A stretch of DNA of 31,889 bases from the NCBI GenBank assembly GCA_031389835.1, contig JANMSU010000040.1, forward strand, positions 1-31,889. Reading direction: 5' to 3'. Under the pieces are notes generated by a model. The model was not told where the DNA came from. It made no database searches and saw only the letters and a list, made by a program, of their open reading frames with translations. The stretch's first letter is position 1. Each line of letters begins with the position of its first letter. Positions 1 through 8,962 of this stretch are shown here, one piece after another. The stretch comes from Chloroflexota bacterium. GTDB lineage: Bacteria > Chloroflexota > Limnocylindria > P2-11E. Both the position numbers and the translations under genes were made by a program.

Positions 1-90
1 CGCCTCGAGCAGGTCGAGCGCCCGATCGACCGACTGGACCGATCGCCGGGCGCGCTTCGGGGTCGCGCTGGTCTCTTTCGCTTCGCGCAA
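1..90 (-). CDS. IclR-family transcriptional regulator, N-terminal 30 codons (runs off the window start)
   Basis: Not in ORF track. Minus strand from TTG at 90 reads LREAKETSATPKRARRSVQSVDRALDLLEA; VQSVDRALDLLE is the typical start of an IclR HTH. GGAGGG lies 4 nt upstream; divergent from uvrC. Confidence 0.75.
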   Translation of the reverse strand, partial: MREAKETSATPKRARRSVQSVDRALDLLEA

Positions 91-134
91 AGTTCCCTCC
101 GCCGCGTGAAAGGATAACCGTTGGAGCCTGGGGC

Positions 135-2036
135 ATGAACAAGGACGAGCGTCGCGAGAGCCTCGAAGCCCAGGTCGCGTCGTTCCCTGACGCGCCGGGC
201 GTCTACCTGTTCAAAGACTCACGCGGCCGCGTCCTTTATGTGGGGAAGGCCGACGTCCTGCGCGAACGCGTCCGGGCGTACTTCGGCCCCAGGGGTAGGG
301 GCCCCTGGGCGCGTAGCGACCTCAACGTGCGCCACATCCGGATGGTCGAACGCTCCGAGCGCGTCGAGTTCGCCGTCACCGGCTCGATCTCGGAGGCGTA
401 CCTCCTCGAGGCGAACCTCATCAAGCAGCACAAGCCTCGGTACAACATCCGCCTCAAGGACGACAAGTCCTATCCCTACGTGAAGATCACGCTCGGCGAG
501 GACTTTCCGCGGATCCTGCGGACGCGCTCGCTCGGCGACCGCACCGCGCGTTACTTCGGCCCGTTCGCGAACGCGAAGTCCGTGGATCAGTCGCTCGACC
601 TGCTCCAGAAGCTGTTCCCGTATCGCACCTGCAAGCTCACGATCCTGGCGGGCGACGAGGGCGAGGGTCGGACCGTCCCGCCGAGCGCGCTCCCCGGAGG
701 GCGACCGTGCCTGCTCTTCCATCTGAAGCGATGCACGGCGCCGTGCGTTGGCAATACGACCAAGGACGAGTACCGCGCGACGATCGACAAGAGCGTTCTC
801 TTCCTGGAGGGACGTTACGAGACTCTCGCGCGCGCGACGCGCAAAGAGATGCAGTCCGCCGCGGAGACGCTCGAGTTCGAGCGCGCGGCCGCACTGCGGG
901 ACCGTCTGGTCGCGATCGATCGCACACTGGACCGTCAGGAAGTCCATGCCTACAAGGGCGACGACTTCGACGTGCTCGCCGCATCAACGGCCGAAGGGGA
1001 CTCGGTCGTGCAGCTCTTCCGCGTGCGGGACGGCACGATCGTCGGACGCGATCACTTCGCGCTCGAGGGATCAGAGGGCGCGCCCGCCGCAGAGGTGATC
1101 GCTTCGTTCCTGCGGCAGCACTACAGCGCCGCGACGATGCTGCCGCCTGAGATCGTCGCGCTGGCGACCCTGCCCGAGTTCGAGTCGTTGGAAGCGTTTC
1201 TCACCGAGCGCCGCGGCGGCCCGGTGCGTCTGCATGTCCCACAGCGTGGCAAGAAGCGGCATCTCGCGGAGCTAGCCGAGCGCAACGCGAAGGACGCGCT
1301 CGAGCAGGAGCGCGTGCGGTGGCTCGCGGACCGCGGCAAGACCGAGGTCGCGCTGCGCGAGCTGCAGGAGGCGCTCGGCCTCGAGGGACCCCCGAAGCGC
1401 ATCGAGTGCTACGACGTGAGCCACGTGCAAGGCACGAGCGTGGTGAGCTCGATGATCGTCTTCGAGGACGGCCGTCCGGCGAAATCGCAATACCGCCGCT
1501 TCCGCCCGCGCATCTCCGATCGGAACGACGACTTCACGAACATGCGCGACACGTTGAGACGGCGCTTCGCCCGATCCACGTCGCCTGAGTCGCAGTCCTC
1601 GTGGCCGCTGCCCGACCTCGTCATCCTCGACGGCGGCAAGGGGCAGCTGTCCGCCGGCCTCGCGGCTCTCGCGGACGCCGGCCGCCTGCAGATCCCGATC
1701 GCGGCGCTCGCGAAGGAGCGCGAGGAGCTGTTCGTACCGAACCGGCCGGACCCGATCGTCCTGCCGCGCACCGCGCAGGGCCTCTATCTGGTCCAGCGCA
1801 TTCGCGACGAAGCGCACCGGTTCGCCGTCACCTATCACCAAAAAGTCCGGTCGCGCCGAGCCGTTCGCTCGATCCTCGATGACGTCGCCGGGGTCGGTCC
1901 GGCGCGCAAGCGGGCTCTGCTCCGAAAGTTCGGCTCTGTGCGGGCGATGCAGGAAGCGCCTGTCGAAGAGCTCGCCGCCGTGGGCGGAGTCGGAACGGCG
2001 CTGGCCGAGCGCATCAAGCAGGCGCTGTCGACCTGA
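135..2036 (+). CDS. uvrC: Excinuclease ABC subunit C
   Basis: N-terminal GIY-YIG (GVYLF...LYVGKA), NIRLKDDKSYPY, UVR helix (EFERAAALRD), RNase H-like domain (IECYDVSH, PDLVILDGGKGQL, RIRDEAHRFA), C-terminal HhH2; 633 aa; GGAG upstream. Confidence 0.98.
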   Translation: MNKDERRESLEAQVASFPDAPGVYLFKDSRGRVLYVGKADVLRERVRAYFGPRGRGPWARSDLNVRHIRMVERSERVEFAVTGSISEAYLLEANLIKQHKPRYNIRLKDDKSYPYVKITLGEDFPRILRTRSLGDRTARYFGPFANAKSVDQSLDLLQKLFPYRTCKLTILAGDEGEGRTVPPSALPGGRPCLLFHLKRCTAPCVGNTTKDEYRATIDKSVLFLEGRYETLARATRKEMQSAAETLEFERAAALRDRLVAIDRTLDRQEVHAYKGDDFDVLAASTAEGDSVVQLFRVRDGTIVGRDHFALEGSEGAPAAEVIASFLRQHYSAATMLPPEIVALATLPEFESLEAFLTERRGGPVRLHVPQRGKKRHLAELAERNAKDALEQERVRWLADRGKTEVALRELQEALGLEGPPKRIECYDVSHVQGTSVVSSMIVFEDGRPAKSQYRRFRPRISDRNDDFTNMRDTLRRRFARSTSPESQSSWPLPDLVILDGGKGQLSAGLAALADAGRLQIPIAALAKEREELFVPNRPDPIVLPRTAQGLYLVQRIRDEAHRFAVTYHQKVRSRRAVRSILDDVAGVGPARKRALLRKFGSVRAMQEAPVEELAAVGGVGTALAERIKQALST

Positions 2037-2131
2037 CGCTGGTGAGGCGTCCCCGTCCCAGCAGTGTGACCCGCGATGCGTTCCGTCACCTCATCGTTTC
2101 GATATCTCGGCTACAGAACCGTGAGGAACGC

Positions 2132-2161
2132 TTGACTTTCATTTAGGTCGGCGCGCATCTT
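2132..2161 (+). promoter_or_regulatory. Candidate sigma70-type leaderless promoter TTGACT-N18-CATCTT, 6 nt before the GTG at 2168
   Basis: Good -35, imperfect -10, same 6-7 nt spacing to a start codon as several other genes here; no SD before the GTG. Confidence 0.45.
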
Positions 2162-2167
2162 CGCTAG

Positions 2168-2551
2168 GTGGGGAATCCAGTCGTTTCGAAGTGCCCGATC
2201 TGCTCCGCGCAGCTCAAAGCCGTTCGCCTCGAGTGCGATGGCTGCGGCACGCGGCTCGAAGGCTCCTTCTCGCTCGGTCGCTTCCATGCCCTTTCGCCCG
2301 AGCAGCTCGACTTCCTCGAAACATTCATCAGAGCGCGCGGAAACTTCAAGGACATCGAACGCGAGCTCGGCATCTCGTACCCGACCGTACGTTCTCGCCT
2401 CGATGCGATGATCCGCGCACTGGGCTTCCCGTCGCAGGCCGAGCCGGATCGGGAGAGCGAGCGGCGCAAGGAGATCCTCCGGGAGCTCGCCGAAGGGCGC
2501 ATCGCGGCTGACGACGCCGCGAATCTGCTCGAGAGCGAGCCGACCGTATGA
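2168..2551 (+). CDS. DUF2089-family protein (Zn-ribbon + HTH, C-terminal SHOCT-like helix pair)
   Basis: CPIC...CDGC Zn ribbon, FIRARGNFKDIERELGISYPTVRSRLD HTH, C-terminal RRKEILRELAEGRIAADDAANLL. Confidence 0.9.
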   Translation: MGNPVVSKCPICSAQLKAVRLECDGCGTRLEGSFSLGRFHALSPEQLDFLETFIRARGNFKDIERELGISYPTVRSRLDAMIRALGFPSQAEPDRESERRKEILRELAEGRIAADDAANLLESEPTV

Positions 2552-3843
2552 CCGAGGACCGTCGCGACTACGAGGATGCGCGCGACGCCGCGAAGGATGC
2601 GGCGAAGAACGCCCAGCGCGAGGCCCGGCGCGCCGCTCGTGACGCCGAGCGCGAGGCACGCCACGCGGAGCGCGCCGCACGCCGAGCGGAGCACGAGTCC
2701 CACCGGATCGAATTCCGTTCCGGGGGTCACGGTTTCACGCTGGACGGCAAGGAGTTCGATCCCGGCAAGTTCGCCCGCTCGTTAGTAGGGGACTTCGTCG
2801 CTGATGCAGGCGGTGAGAGCTACTCCGACACGGTCGAAGAGCGCTTCACTTTCAAAGGCACGCCGAGGCTGCGCGTCCGCAACGTTTCGGGAGAGACGTC
2901 GATCACGGCGGCGGGTGCTGCGGGTGAAATCCGGGTCGTCGCGCGCAAGCGCGTGAGCGCCGGGAGCGAGGACCGCGCCAAGCGGCTACTGCAGAACCTC
3001 GAGGTCCGGATGGATCAGCAAGGTGAGGAGCTGCACGTCGAGCCGCACCTGTATGAGCAGGAGCGTGGCTGGCTGGACCTCTTCCGTGGCAAGCGGTTCC
3101 GGGTCGACTTCGAGATCACCGTACCTGGGGAGTGCGCGATCGATGCGCAGACGGTCAGCGGCGAGATCTCAGTCCAAGGGATCCGCGGTCCGCTAGAGGT
3201 GCAGTCGGTCTCGGGCGACGTCGGCCTCGACGACATTCAGGGGCCGATGCGGATCAAGTCCGTCAGCGGAGACGTCGATTGCCGTCGCTATGTCGGCCAC
3301 CTGGAGGGCAACACTGTCAGCGGCGACGTCACGATCGTCGCCGCGGCCCTGCGCTCGAGTCAAATCCACACGGTGAGCGGCGACGTCCTCATCGAAGGGC
3401 GTCTTGACCCGCGCAAAGAGCACCGGTTCAAGTCCATCAGTGGCGATGTGGAGCTTGCGTTGTCCGATCCCGACGCGACGATCGAATACCGGACCGCCAG
3501 CGGCGACATCGAGTGCCTGCTGCCCGCCCGCATTTTGCCGCGCGGTCGCAAGGAATACAGCGTCGTCCTCGGCTCTGGTCAAGCCCACGTGGCCGTAAAG
3601 ACCGTGAGCGGCGACCTCACCGTGCACGGCACGACTGCCGTCGCGCCGGATGACGCCGAGGAGTCCGCGGAGTCAGCTGGGTCCGCGCCCGCTGAGGCGG
3701 CCGCGGATGACGTCGAGAAGACCCGACCAATGGATACGTCGTCGCGCGACCAGGTGCGCTCGGTGCTCGAGCGTCTCGCGCGTGGCGAGCTCGGCGTCGA
3801 CGACGCCGCAGCCGCGCTCGACGACGCGCACCGGGGCCGCTAG
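2548..3843 (+). CDS. DUF4097 beta-strand-repeat protein with N-terminal coiled coil and C-terminal SHOCT-like motif
   Basis: Repeated (T/S)VSG(D/E)V turns; N-terminal R/E/A-rich helix; C-terminal VRSVLERLARGELGVDDAAAAL; ATGA overlap with upstream gene; no TM segment seen. Confidence 0.88.
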   Translation: MTEDRRDYEDARDAAKDAAKNAQREARRAARDAEREARHAERAARRAEHESHRIEFRSGGHGFTLDGKEFDPGKFARSLVGDFVADAGGESYSDTVEERFTFKGTPRLRVRNVSGETSITAAGAAGEIRVVARKRVSAGSEDRAKRLLQNLEVRMDQQGEELHVEPHLYEQERGWLDLFRGKRFRVDFEITVPGECAIDAQTVSGEISVQGIRGPLEVQSVSGDVGLDDIQGPMRIKSVSGDVDCRRYVGHLEGNTVSGDVTIVAAALRSSQIHTVSGDVLIEGRLDPRKEHRFKSISGDVELALSDPDATIEYRTASGDIECLLPARILPRGRKEYSVVLGSGQAHVAVKTVSGDLTVHGTTAVAPDDAEESAESAGSAPAEAAADDVEKTRPMDTSSRDQVRSVLERLARGELGVDDAAAALDDAHRGR

Positions 3844-4260
3844 GTGCCGAGCGACGAGGGCAAGCAGGTCCTGAAACTCCTCGCCGACGGCAAGATCGAC
3901 GTCGAGCAAGCATTCCGCCTTCTTCGTGCCCTCGGCGACATCGACGAGCGGCCGCGTCGCCCGACCCCACCGCTCCCACCCCAGCCGCCGATGGGCCCTG
4001 AGCCGCCCATGCCGCCCGGCGCTCGCGGACGCATCCTGCGCATCCGCGTCACCGAGGCCGGCCAGCAGAAGGTCAACGTCGCCATCCCCCTCGCGATCGC
4101 GCGCGTGGGAAAGATGAAGCTCGCCTCGAGCGGGCTCGTCCGGGGCCATCTCTCGAAGTTCGGGATCGACCTCGACGAGCTGCTTCGCACGATCGATTAC
4201 CCCGGTAAGTTCGTCGACATCGCCGACAACGAGGACCGGGTGGAGATCTTCGTCGAGTGA
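3844..4260 (+). CDS. SHOCT-like domain protein (DUF2089/DUF4097-associated)
   Basis: N-terminal EGKQVLKLLADGKIDVEQAFRLL, Pro-rich linker, C-terminal LRIRVTE...KVNVAIPLAIA...VDIADNEDRVEIFVE domain; abuts both neighbours. Confidence 0.8.
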   Translation: MPSDEGKQVLKLLADGKIDVEQAFRLLRALGDIDERPRRPTPPLPPQPPMGPEPPMPPGARGRILRIRVTEAGQQKVNVAIPLAIARVGKMKLASSGLVRGHLSKFGIDLDELLRTIDYPGKFVDIADNEDRVEIFVE

Positions 4261-5264
4261 CGCCAGCCGTCGTCGCGACGGGTCTGGTCAAAGAATTCGA
4301 GAAGGGTCGCTACACCGCGTGGCAGAGGCTGCGCGGTGAGCCCGACAAGCGCACGAAGTTCCGCGCTGTCGATGGGATCGACCTCCGAGTAGAGAGCGGC
4401 GAGATCTTCGGATTACTCGGACCGAACGGCGCCGGCAAGACCACCACGATGAAGATGCTGTCGACCCTGCTCGAGCCAACGAGCGGCACGATCGAGGTGC
4501 TCGGTATCGATGTCGCGCGCCACCCCCGCGAGGTGCGGGCGAAGCTCGGGGCGATGCTCTCCGGCGAGCGCAGCCTCTACTGGAAGCTCACCGCCCGCGA
4601 GAACCTGGAGTATTTCGCCGCGCTCTATCACGTGCCGCCGAAGGGAATGAAGGCGCGCATAGAAGGGGCGCTCGCCGCGGTGAAGCTCAGCGACCGCGCG
4701 GATGACTACGTCGAGCGCTATTCGACAGGCATGCGTCAGCGGCTCGCGCTCGCTCGCGCGCTGCTGCCGGATCCGCCGCTCGTCATCCTCGATGAGCCGA
4801 CCGTGGGTCTCGATCCGCAGTCGGCGCGCGACCTGCGTGATCGCGTCCGCGATCTGCGCTCCCAGGGCCGCACGGTCCTTCTCACCACGCACTACATGGA
4901 GGAGGCTGATCAGCTCTGTGACCGCGTGGCGATCGTCGATCATGGCAAGATCGTCGCGCTCGACGCCCCCGCCGCGCTCAAACGGACGATCCGGGCTGAG
5001 GAGATCGTGCGGCTTGATATCGGTCTCGCCGGAGACGGCGTGGCGCTCCTCGAGCGCCTTGGTCGGATCGGGACCGTCGCGCGACAGGAGCGCACGAACG
5101 GGACGCTGGCGGTGACGATGCACTGCGCGTCCGCGCGCGAGCTCGTGCCCGCGGCGTTCGATGCCACGCAGGCCGCAGGCGGGACGGTGCGTCACGTCGA
5201 AGTGGTGCCGGTGACGTTGGAAGACGTTTTTCTCTCGCTGACCGGTCGCGCTCTGCGCGAATGA
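4257..5264 (+). CDS. ABC exporter ATP-binding subunit (DrrA-like)
   Basis: Walker A GPNGAGKT, signature YSTGMRQR, Walker B VILDEPT, H-loop TTHYMEE, C-terminal LEDVFL. Confidence 0.95.
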   Translation: MTPAVVATGLVKEFEKGRYTAWQRLRGEPDKRTKFRAVDGIDLRVESGEIFGLLGPNGAGKTTTMKMLSTLLEPTSGTIEVLGIDVARHPREVRAKLGAMLSGERSLYWKLTARENLEYFAALYHVPPKGMKARIEGALAAVKLSDRADDYVERYSTGMRQRLALARALLPDPPLVILDEPTVGLDPQSARDLRDRVRDLRSQGRTVLLTTHYMEEADQLCDRVAIVDHGKIVALDAPAALKRTIRAEEIVRLDIGLAGDGVALLERLGRIGTVARQERTNGTLAVTMHCASARELVPAAFDATQAAGGTVRHVEVVPVTLEDVFLSLTGRALRE

Positions 5265-6100
5265 CGCTGGTCGTCGCTGACCTCCGCGCGTTCGTCGCGG
5301 CCGTTCGGAAAGAGCTGCGAACGGCGCGCCGCTACCCGACCCAGTGGATGGGGCTGATCTTCTGGCCCGTCCTGCTTCCGGCGTCGTACGTGCTGATGGG
5401 TCAGGCATTCTCCGGTTCGGACCCGCGTTCGATCGCGGCGTTCGCGGAGCGCTCGGGCACGACCCAGTTCGCCGGCTTCGTGTTCGTCGGCTTCGCGATG
5501 TACATGTGGCTCTCCACGATCCTGTGGGGGCCGGGAACGGCGCTCCGGACCGAGCAGATGCGGGGGAGCCTTGAAGCCGTATTCCTCACCCCGACATCCC
5601 GCATGGTCGCGCTATTCGGTCCGCCGGCCGCCGCGCTGCCGACTCTCGTGATCACGTTCGTGGTCATGGGCGTGGCCATGTGGCTGATCTTCGGTGTCGC
5701 CCTTCCGCTCGACGGAGTCCTGCGGTCGCTCGTCGTCGTTGCGTTCGCGCTGCCGTCGCTCTACGCGATCGGAGCGCTGTTCGCGGCGGGCGTCCTCCGC
5801 TTCGGCGAGATCGGACCGATCGTCCAGCTCGTCCGCGGCCTCTTCGTGCTTACCTGCGGCATCACGTTCCCCGTCGTGATGCTTCCTGGCTGGGCGCAAG
5901 CGGTCGCGTGGGCGCTCCCGCCGACCTACATCGTTCAGGACATCCGGGCTGTGCTCCTGCGCGGGCTGGGCCTTGGTGACATCGCGCTGGACCTCGCGAT
6001 CACGGTGGGACTCAGCCTGCTGCTGGCTGCGTTCGCCATCGTCACGTTTCGCTTCCTCGAACGGAGTGCGCGACGGGACGGGATGCTGGGACGGTATTGA
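5261..6100 (+). CDS. ABC-2 type permease
   Basis: About six hydrophobic segments, EQMRGSLEAVFLTP and LPPTY motifs; ATGA overlap with the ATPase. Confidence 0.9.
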   Translation: MTLVVADLRAFVAAVRKELRTARRYPTQWMGLIFWPVLLPASYVLMGQAFSGSDPRSIAAFAERSGTTQFAGFVFVGFAMYMWLSTILWGPGTALRTEQMRGSLEAVFLTPTSRMVALFGPPAAALPTLVITFVVMGVAMWLIFGVALPLDGVLRSLVVVAFALPSLYAIGALFAAGVLRFGEIGPIVQLVRGLFVLTCGITFPVVMLPGWAQAVAWALPPTYIVQDIRAVLLRGLGLGDIALDLAITVGLSLLLAAFAIVTFRFLERSARRDGMLGRY

Positions 6101-6921
6101 TGAACGAGGTACGCGCTGCCCTGGCGATCGCCCGCAAGGATCTCCTCACGCTGTCCCGCTACAAGTGGTCGATGTTCGGCATGGTGTTCACCCCGCTGTA
6201 TCAGGGCGTGATCCCGGCCTTTCTCTTCGGCACGGCGTTCGCCGTGGGTGGTCGTGTCGTCGGGCTCGACTCCGCGATCGGGACGGACAACCTCTCCGGG
6301 TTCATCTTCACGGGTGGCGTGATGGCCGGTCTCATCTCGACCGCGTTCTGGTTCATTGCGATGTCTCTCCGCTGGGAGATGGATATGGGCACGCTCGAGC
6401 CGACCTGGCTGACGCCAACGAGCCACGACACGATCCTCATCGGGCGCATGCTCCAGGGACTCGTCGTCTTTCTGGCCGGGCAGCTCATCCTCTTCGCCGT
6501 AGGCATCGCGTTCTTCGATCTTCATTTCAGCGGTGACATCGTGTTCGCGCTGCCCGCGATGCTGATCGCCGTCGTCGCGATGCTGGGCGTGGCCTTCCTT
6601 CTCGCCGGTATCGTTCTCGTGGTCCGAGAGGCGAACTTCTTCATCGATTGCACGAACTTTCTGTTCGGCGTTGCTTCCGGCGTGTCTTTTCCCATCACGT
6701 TCCTGCCGGGGCTCATCCAGCCGCTGGCGCTCCTGCTCCCAACTACGTACGCGATGGATCTGCTGCGTCAGCACGCGCTCGGGGCGCGTCCGCTGTTCGA
6801 TCCGGCGCTCGAGTACGCCGGCCTCGTCGTGACGACGCTGCTGGTCTTCCCGCTGGGCCGCTGGGCCTTCGCCCGCGCCGAGCGCTCCATGCGCGTCCGG
6901 GGCACGCTCGGACAGTACTAG
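6097..6921 (+). CDS. ABC-2 type permease (second subunit)
   Basis: EMDMGTLEPTWLTP, SGVSFP and LPTTY motifs; paralogous to the upstream permease; start TTG 6097 or ATG 6100. Confidence 0.9.
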   Translation: MMNEVRAALAIARKDLLTLSRYKWSMFGMVFTPLYQGVIPAFLFGTAFAVGGRVVGLDSAIGTDNLSGFIFTGGVMAGLISTAFWFIAMSLRWEMDMGTLEPTWLTPTSHDTILIGRMLQGLVVFLAGQLILFAVGIAFFDLHFSGDIVFALPAMLIAVVAMLGVAFLLAGIVLVVREANFFIDCTNFLFGVASGVSFPITFLPGLIQPLALLLPTTYAMDLLRQHALGARPLFDPALEYAGLVVTTLLVFPLGRWAFARAERSMRVRGTLGQY

Positions 6922-6943
6922 CGCGCCGCGCTAGTCTTTGGCC

Positions 6944-7330
6944 ATGGGCATCGTCTGGCGCGCGCTCATCAACGCCATCGCCATCGTCGTGGCCGCCTAT
7001 GTGGTCAACATCTACCAGCCCGACGCCATCAAGTGGGGCCAGGTCGACTACGGGATGGGGGAGCTAGGCCGTTACCTCTCGCTCATCCTCACCGGTCTCA
7101 CCCTTGGGATCGTGAACGCGATCGTCAAGCCGATCCTGGTCATGGTCTCGATGCCGATCACCTGCCTCACCCTGGGGCTCTTCATCTTCGTGATCAACGC
7201 GCTGATGCTGCTGCTGGTCTCGGCGATCCCGTTCCTCGGGTTCGCGGTGAACGGATTCATCGTCGCGCTCGCCGCGTCGGTCCTGATCTCGCTCGTCAGC
7301 TGGGCCCTCTCGATGGTCCTGCCGGACTGA
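6944..7330 (+). CDS. Phage-holin-4 family (YvlD-like) membrane protein
   Basis: GIVNAIVKPIL...PITCLTLGLFIFVINALML is the family hallmark; four TM segments; TAGTCT-N6-ATG leaderless arrangement. Confidence 0.9.
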   Translation: MGIVWRALINAIAIVVAAYVVNIYQPDAIKWGQVDYGMGELGRYLSLILTGLTLGIVNAIVKPILVMVSMPITCLTLGLFIFVINALMLLLVSAIPFLGFAVNGFIVALAASVLISLVSWALSMVLPD

Positions 7331-7340
7331 CGACCTGCGC

Positions 7341-8222
7341 GTGATGGCGACGACGGGTTCGCCCGACTTCGTCGTCGTGACCGGCCTCTCCGGCTCCGGG
7401 AAGTCCCAGGCTGTGAAGGTCTTCGAAGACCTCGACTACTACACGCTCGACAACCTCCCGCCCGCACTGATGAAGACCACGCTCGAGGTGTGCCGCAAGG
7501 GCGGGCACCCGCGCGTCGCGTTCGTCATCGACGCGCGCAGCGGCGCGCTGTTCGCGCAGGCGAGCGCCGCGCTGGACGAGCTCGCAGCCGACGGCGATCG
7601 CCCACACATCCTGTTCTTCGACGCGTCCGACGAGGTGCTGCTGCGCCGCTACAGCGAGACCCGTCATCGGCATCCTCTGGAGGCTGCCGGCGGCGTGCAA
7701 CCTTCGATCGACGAGGAGAGGCGCGTCCTGAACGCGTTACGCGCGCGCGCCGACAAGGTCATCGACACGACGTACCTCACGGTCAAGGACCTACGCGACA
7801 CGCTCCATTCGCTCTACGGCGCGGGCACCTCCGGCATGCTCGTTCACGTGACGAGCTTCGGCTACAAGAACGGCATGCCACCTGGGGCGGATCTCGTCTT
7901 GGACGTGCGCTTCATGGAGAACCCGTTCTACATACCGGCGCTCCGACCGAAGACCGGCCGCGACCCGGCCGTGCGCGACTACGTGTTGGGTCACCCCGCG
8001 ACGCAGGAGTTCCTGACGCATCTCATGCCGTTCCTGAAGTTCGCGCTCCCGCGCTATCAGGACGAAAAGAAAGCGCGGCTCGGGTTGGCGTTCGGGTGCA
8101 CCGGGGGCTGGCATCGGTCGGTCGTGATCGCGGACGAGGTGGCGAATCGCTTGAAGGACTTCTGGCCCGGCGAGATCACGGTGGAGCATCGCGACGTCGG
8201 ACGGCCGGAGGTGGCGACTTGA
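7341..8222 (+). CDS. rapZ: RNase adapter / P-loop NTPase RapZ (YvcJ family)
   Basis: TGLSGSGKS Walker A, DNLPP, RRYSETRHRHPL, SFGYKNG, DVRF, GCTGGWHRSV. Confidence 0.95.
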   Translation: MMATTGSPDFVVVTGLSGSGKSQAVKVFEDLDYYTLDNLPPALMKTTLEVCRKGGHPRVAFVIDARSGALFAQASAALDELAADGDRPHILFFDASDEVLLRRYSETRHRHPLEAAGGVQPSIDEERRVLNALRARADKVIDTTYLTVKDLRDTLHSLYGAGTSGMLVHVTSFGYKNGMPPGADLVLDVRFMENPFYIPALRPKTGRDPAVRDYVLGHPATQEFLTHLMPFLKFALPRYQDEKKARLGLAFGCTGGWHRSVVIADEVANRLKDFWPGEITVEHRDVGRPEVAT

Positions 8223-8962
8223 GCCCACGGGGCGTGACGCGGGCGCAGCGGTCGCCGCTATCCGAAGAAGTGAAGGCCGAGCTTGCGCGTGTCCGGCCCT
8301 CGGACTGCGACCGCCGCGTGTTGGCCGCGCTGCTCCCGCGCGCGGAGCATCTCGGCGCTCCGGCGCGGCGCCTGGCGCATGGGGCGGAGCATGTCGGTGG
8401 TCGGGCGTCGCTCCGACGCGAGTGCTGCCGGCGAACGTACCTGCGCGGCCTCTTTCTCGCGGGCGGCTCGGTCTCCGCCGGGCCGTCGGGCTATCTGCTC
8501 GAGCTCCGTCCGCCGCGCGGCGAGGCGACACGAGCGCGCGCGGTCCTCAAGCGCGAAGGTTTCGCGCCGCGCTCGCGCGTCCGCCGCGGTCGTCAGGTCC
8601 TGATGCTTCGCGCTGGGGACGAGATCGCGTCCTTCCTGCGCCACGCCGGCGCTGGAGAGACGCTCCTTCGTTTCGAGACGCGACGGGTGTCCCGCGAGAT
8701 GCGCGGTCGCACCAACGCGAGCGTCAACGCGGACGCCGCCAATCTCGCGCGAGCTGTCGTCGCTGCACGCGATCAGATCGAGGCCGTGAAGGCGCTGATG
8801 GGATCCGGACGCCTCGCGCAGCTACCCCCGGAGGTGCGCGCAGCGGCGGCCGCGCGGCGACGAGCGCCCGAGGCGACGCTCGCCGAGCTCGCAGCTCGCC
8901 TCGATACGACGAAATGGGTGGTCCGCCAGCGGCTGCGACGTGTCGTAGAGGCCGCGCGGTGA
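8219..8962 (+). CDS. whiA: DNA-binding protein WhiA (shortened, about 247 aa)
   Basis: LSEEVKAELAR start, CCRRTYLRGLFLAGGSVS, NASVNADAANL, C-terminal HTH (PEATLAELA...KWVVRQRLRR). True start is TTG 8219 or GTG 8234; the ORF-track start at 7490 is an overlap artefact. Confidence 0.9.
   Translation: MSPRGVTRAQRSPLSEEVKAELARVRPSDCDRRVLAALLPRAEHLGAPARRLAHGAEHVGGRASLRRECCRRTYLRGLFLAGGSVSAGPSGYLLELRPPRGEATRARAVLKREGFAPRSRVRRGRQVLMLRAGDEIASFLRHAGAGETLLRFETRRVSREMRGRTNASVNADAANLARAVVAARDQIEAVKALMGSGRLAQLPPEVRAAAAARRRAPEATLAELAARLDTTKWVVRQRLRRVVEAAR

Noticed and set aside
6944-7330. Holin-family gene as evidence of a prophage
   Set aside because: YvlD-type holin-4 proteins are common chromosomal membrane proteins; no endolysin, structural or integrase genes are nearby.
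7490-8218. 490-aa ORF suggesting a long N-terminal extension of WhiA
   Set aside because: The extension is an off-frame overlap of rapZ with low-complexity Arg/Ala/Pro content; WhiA similarity starts only at about 8219.
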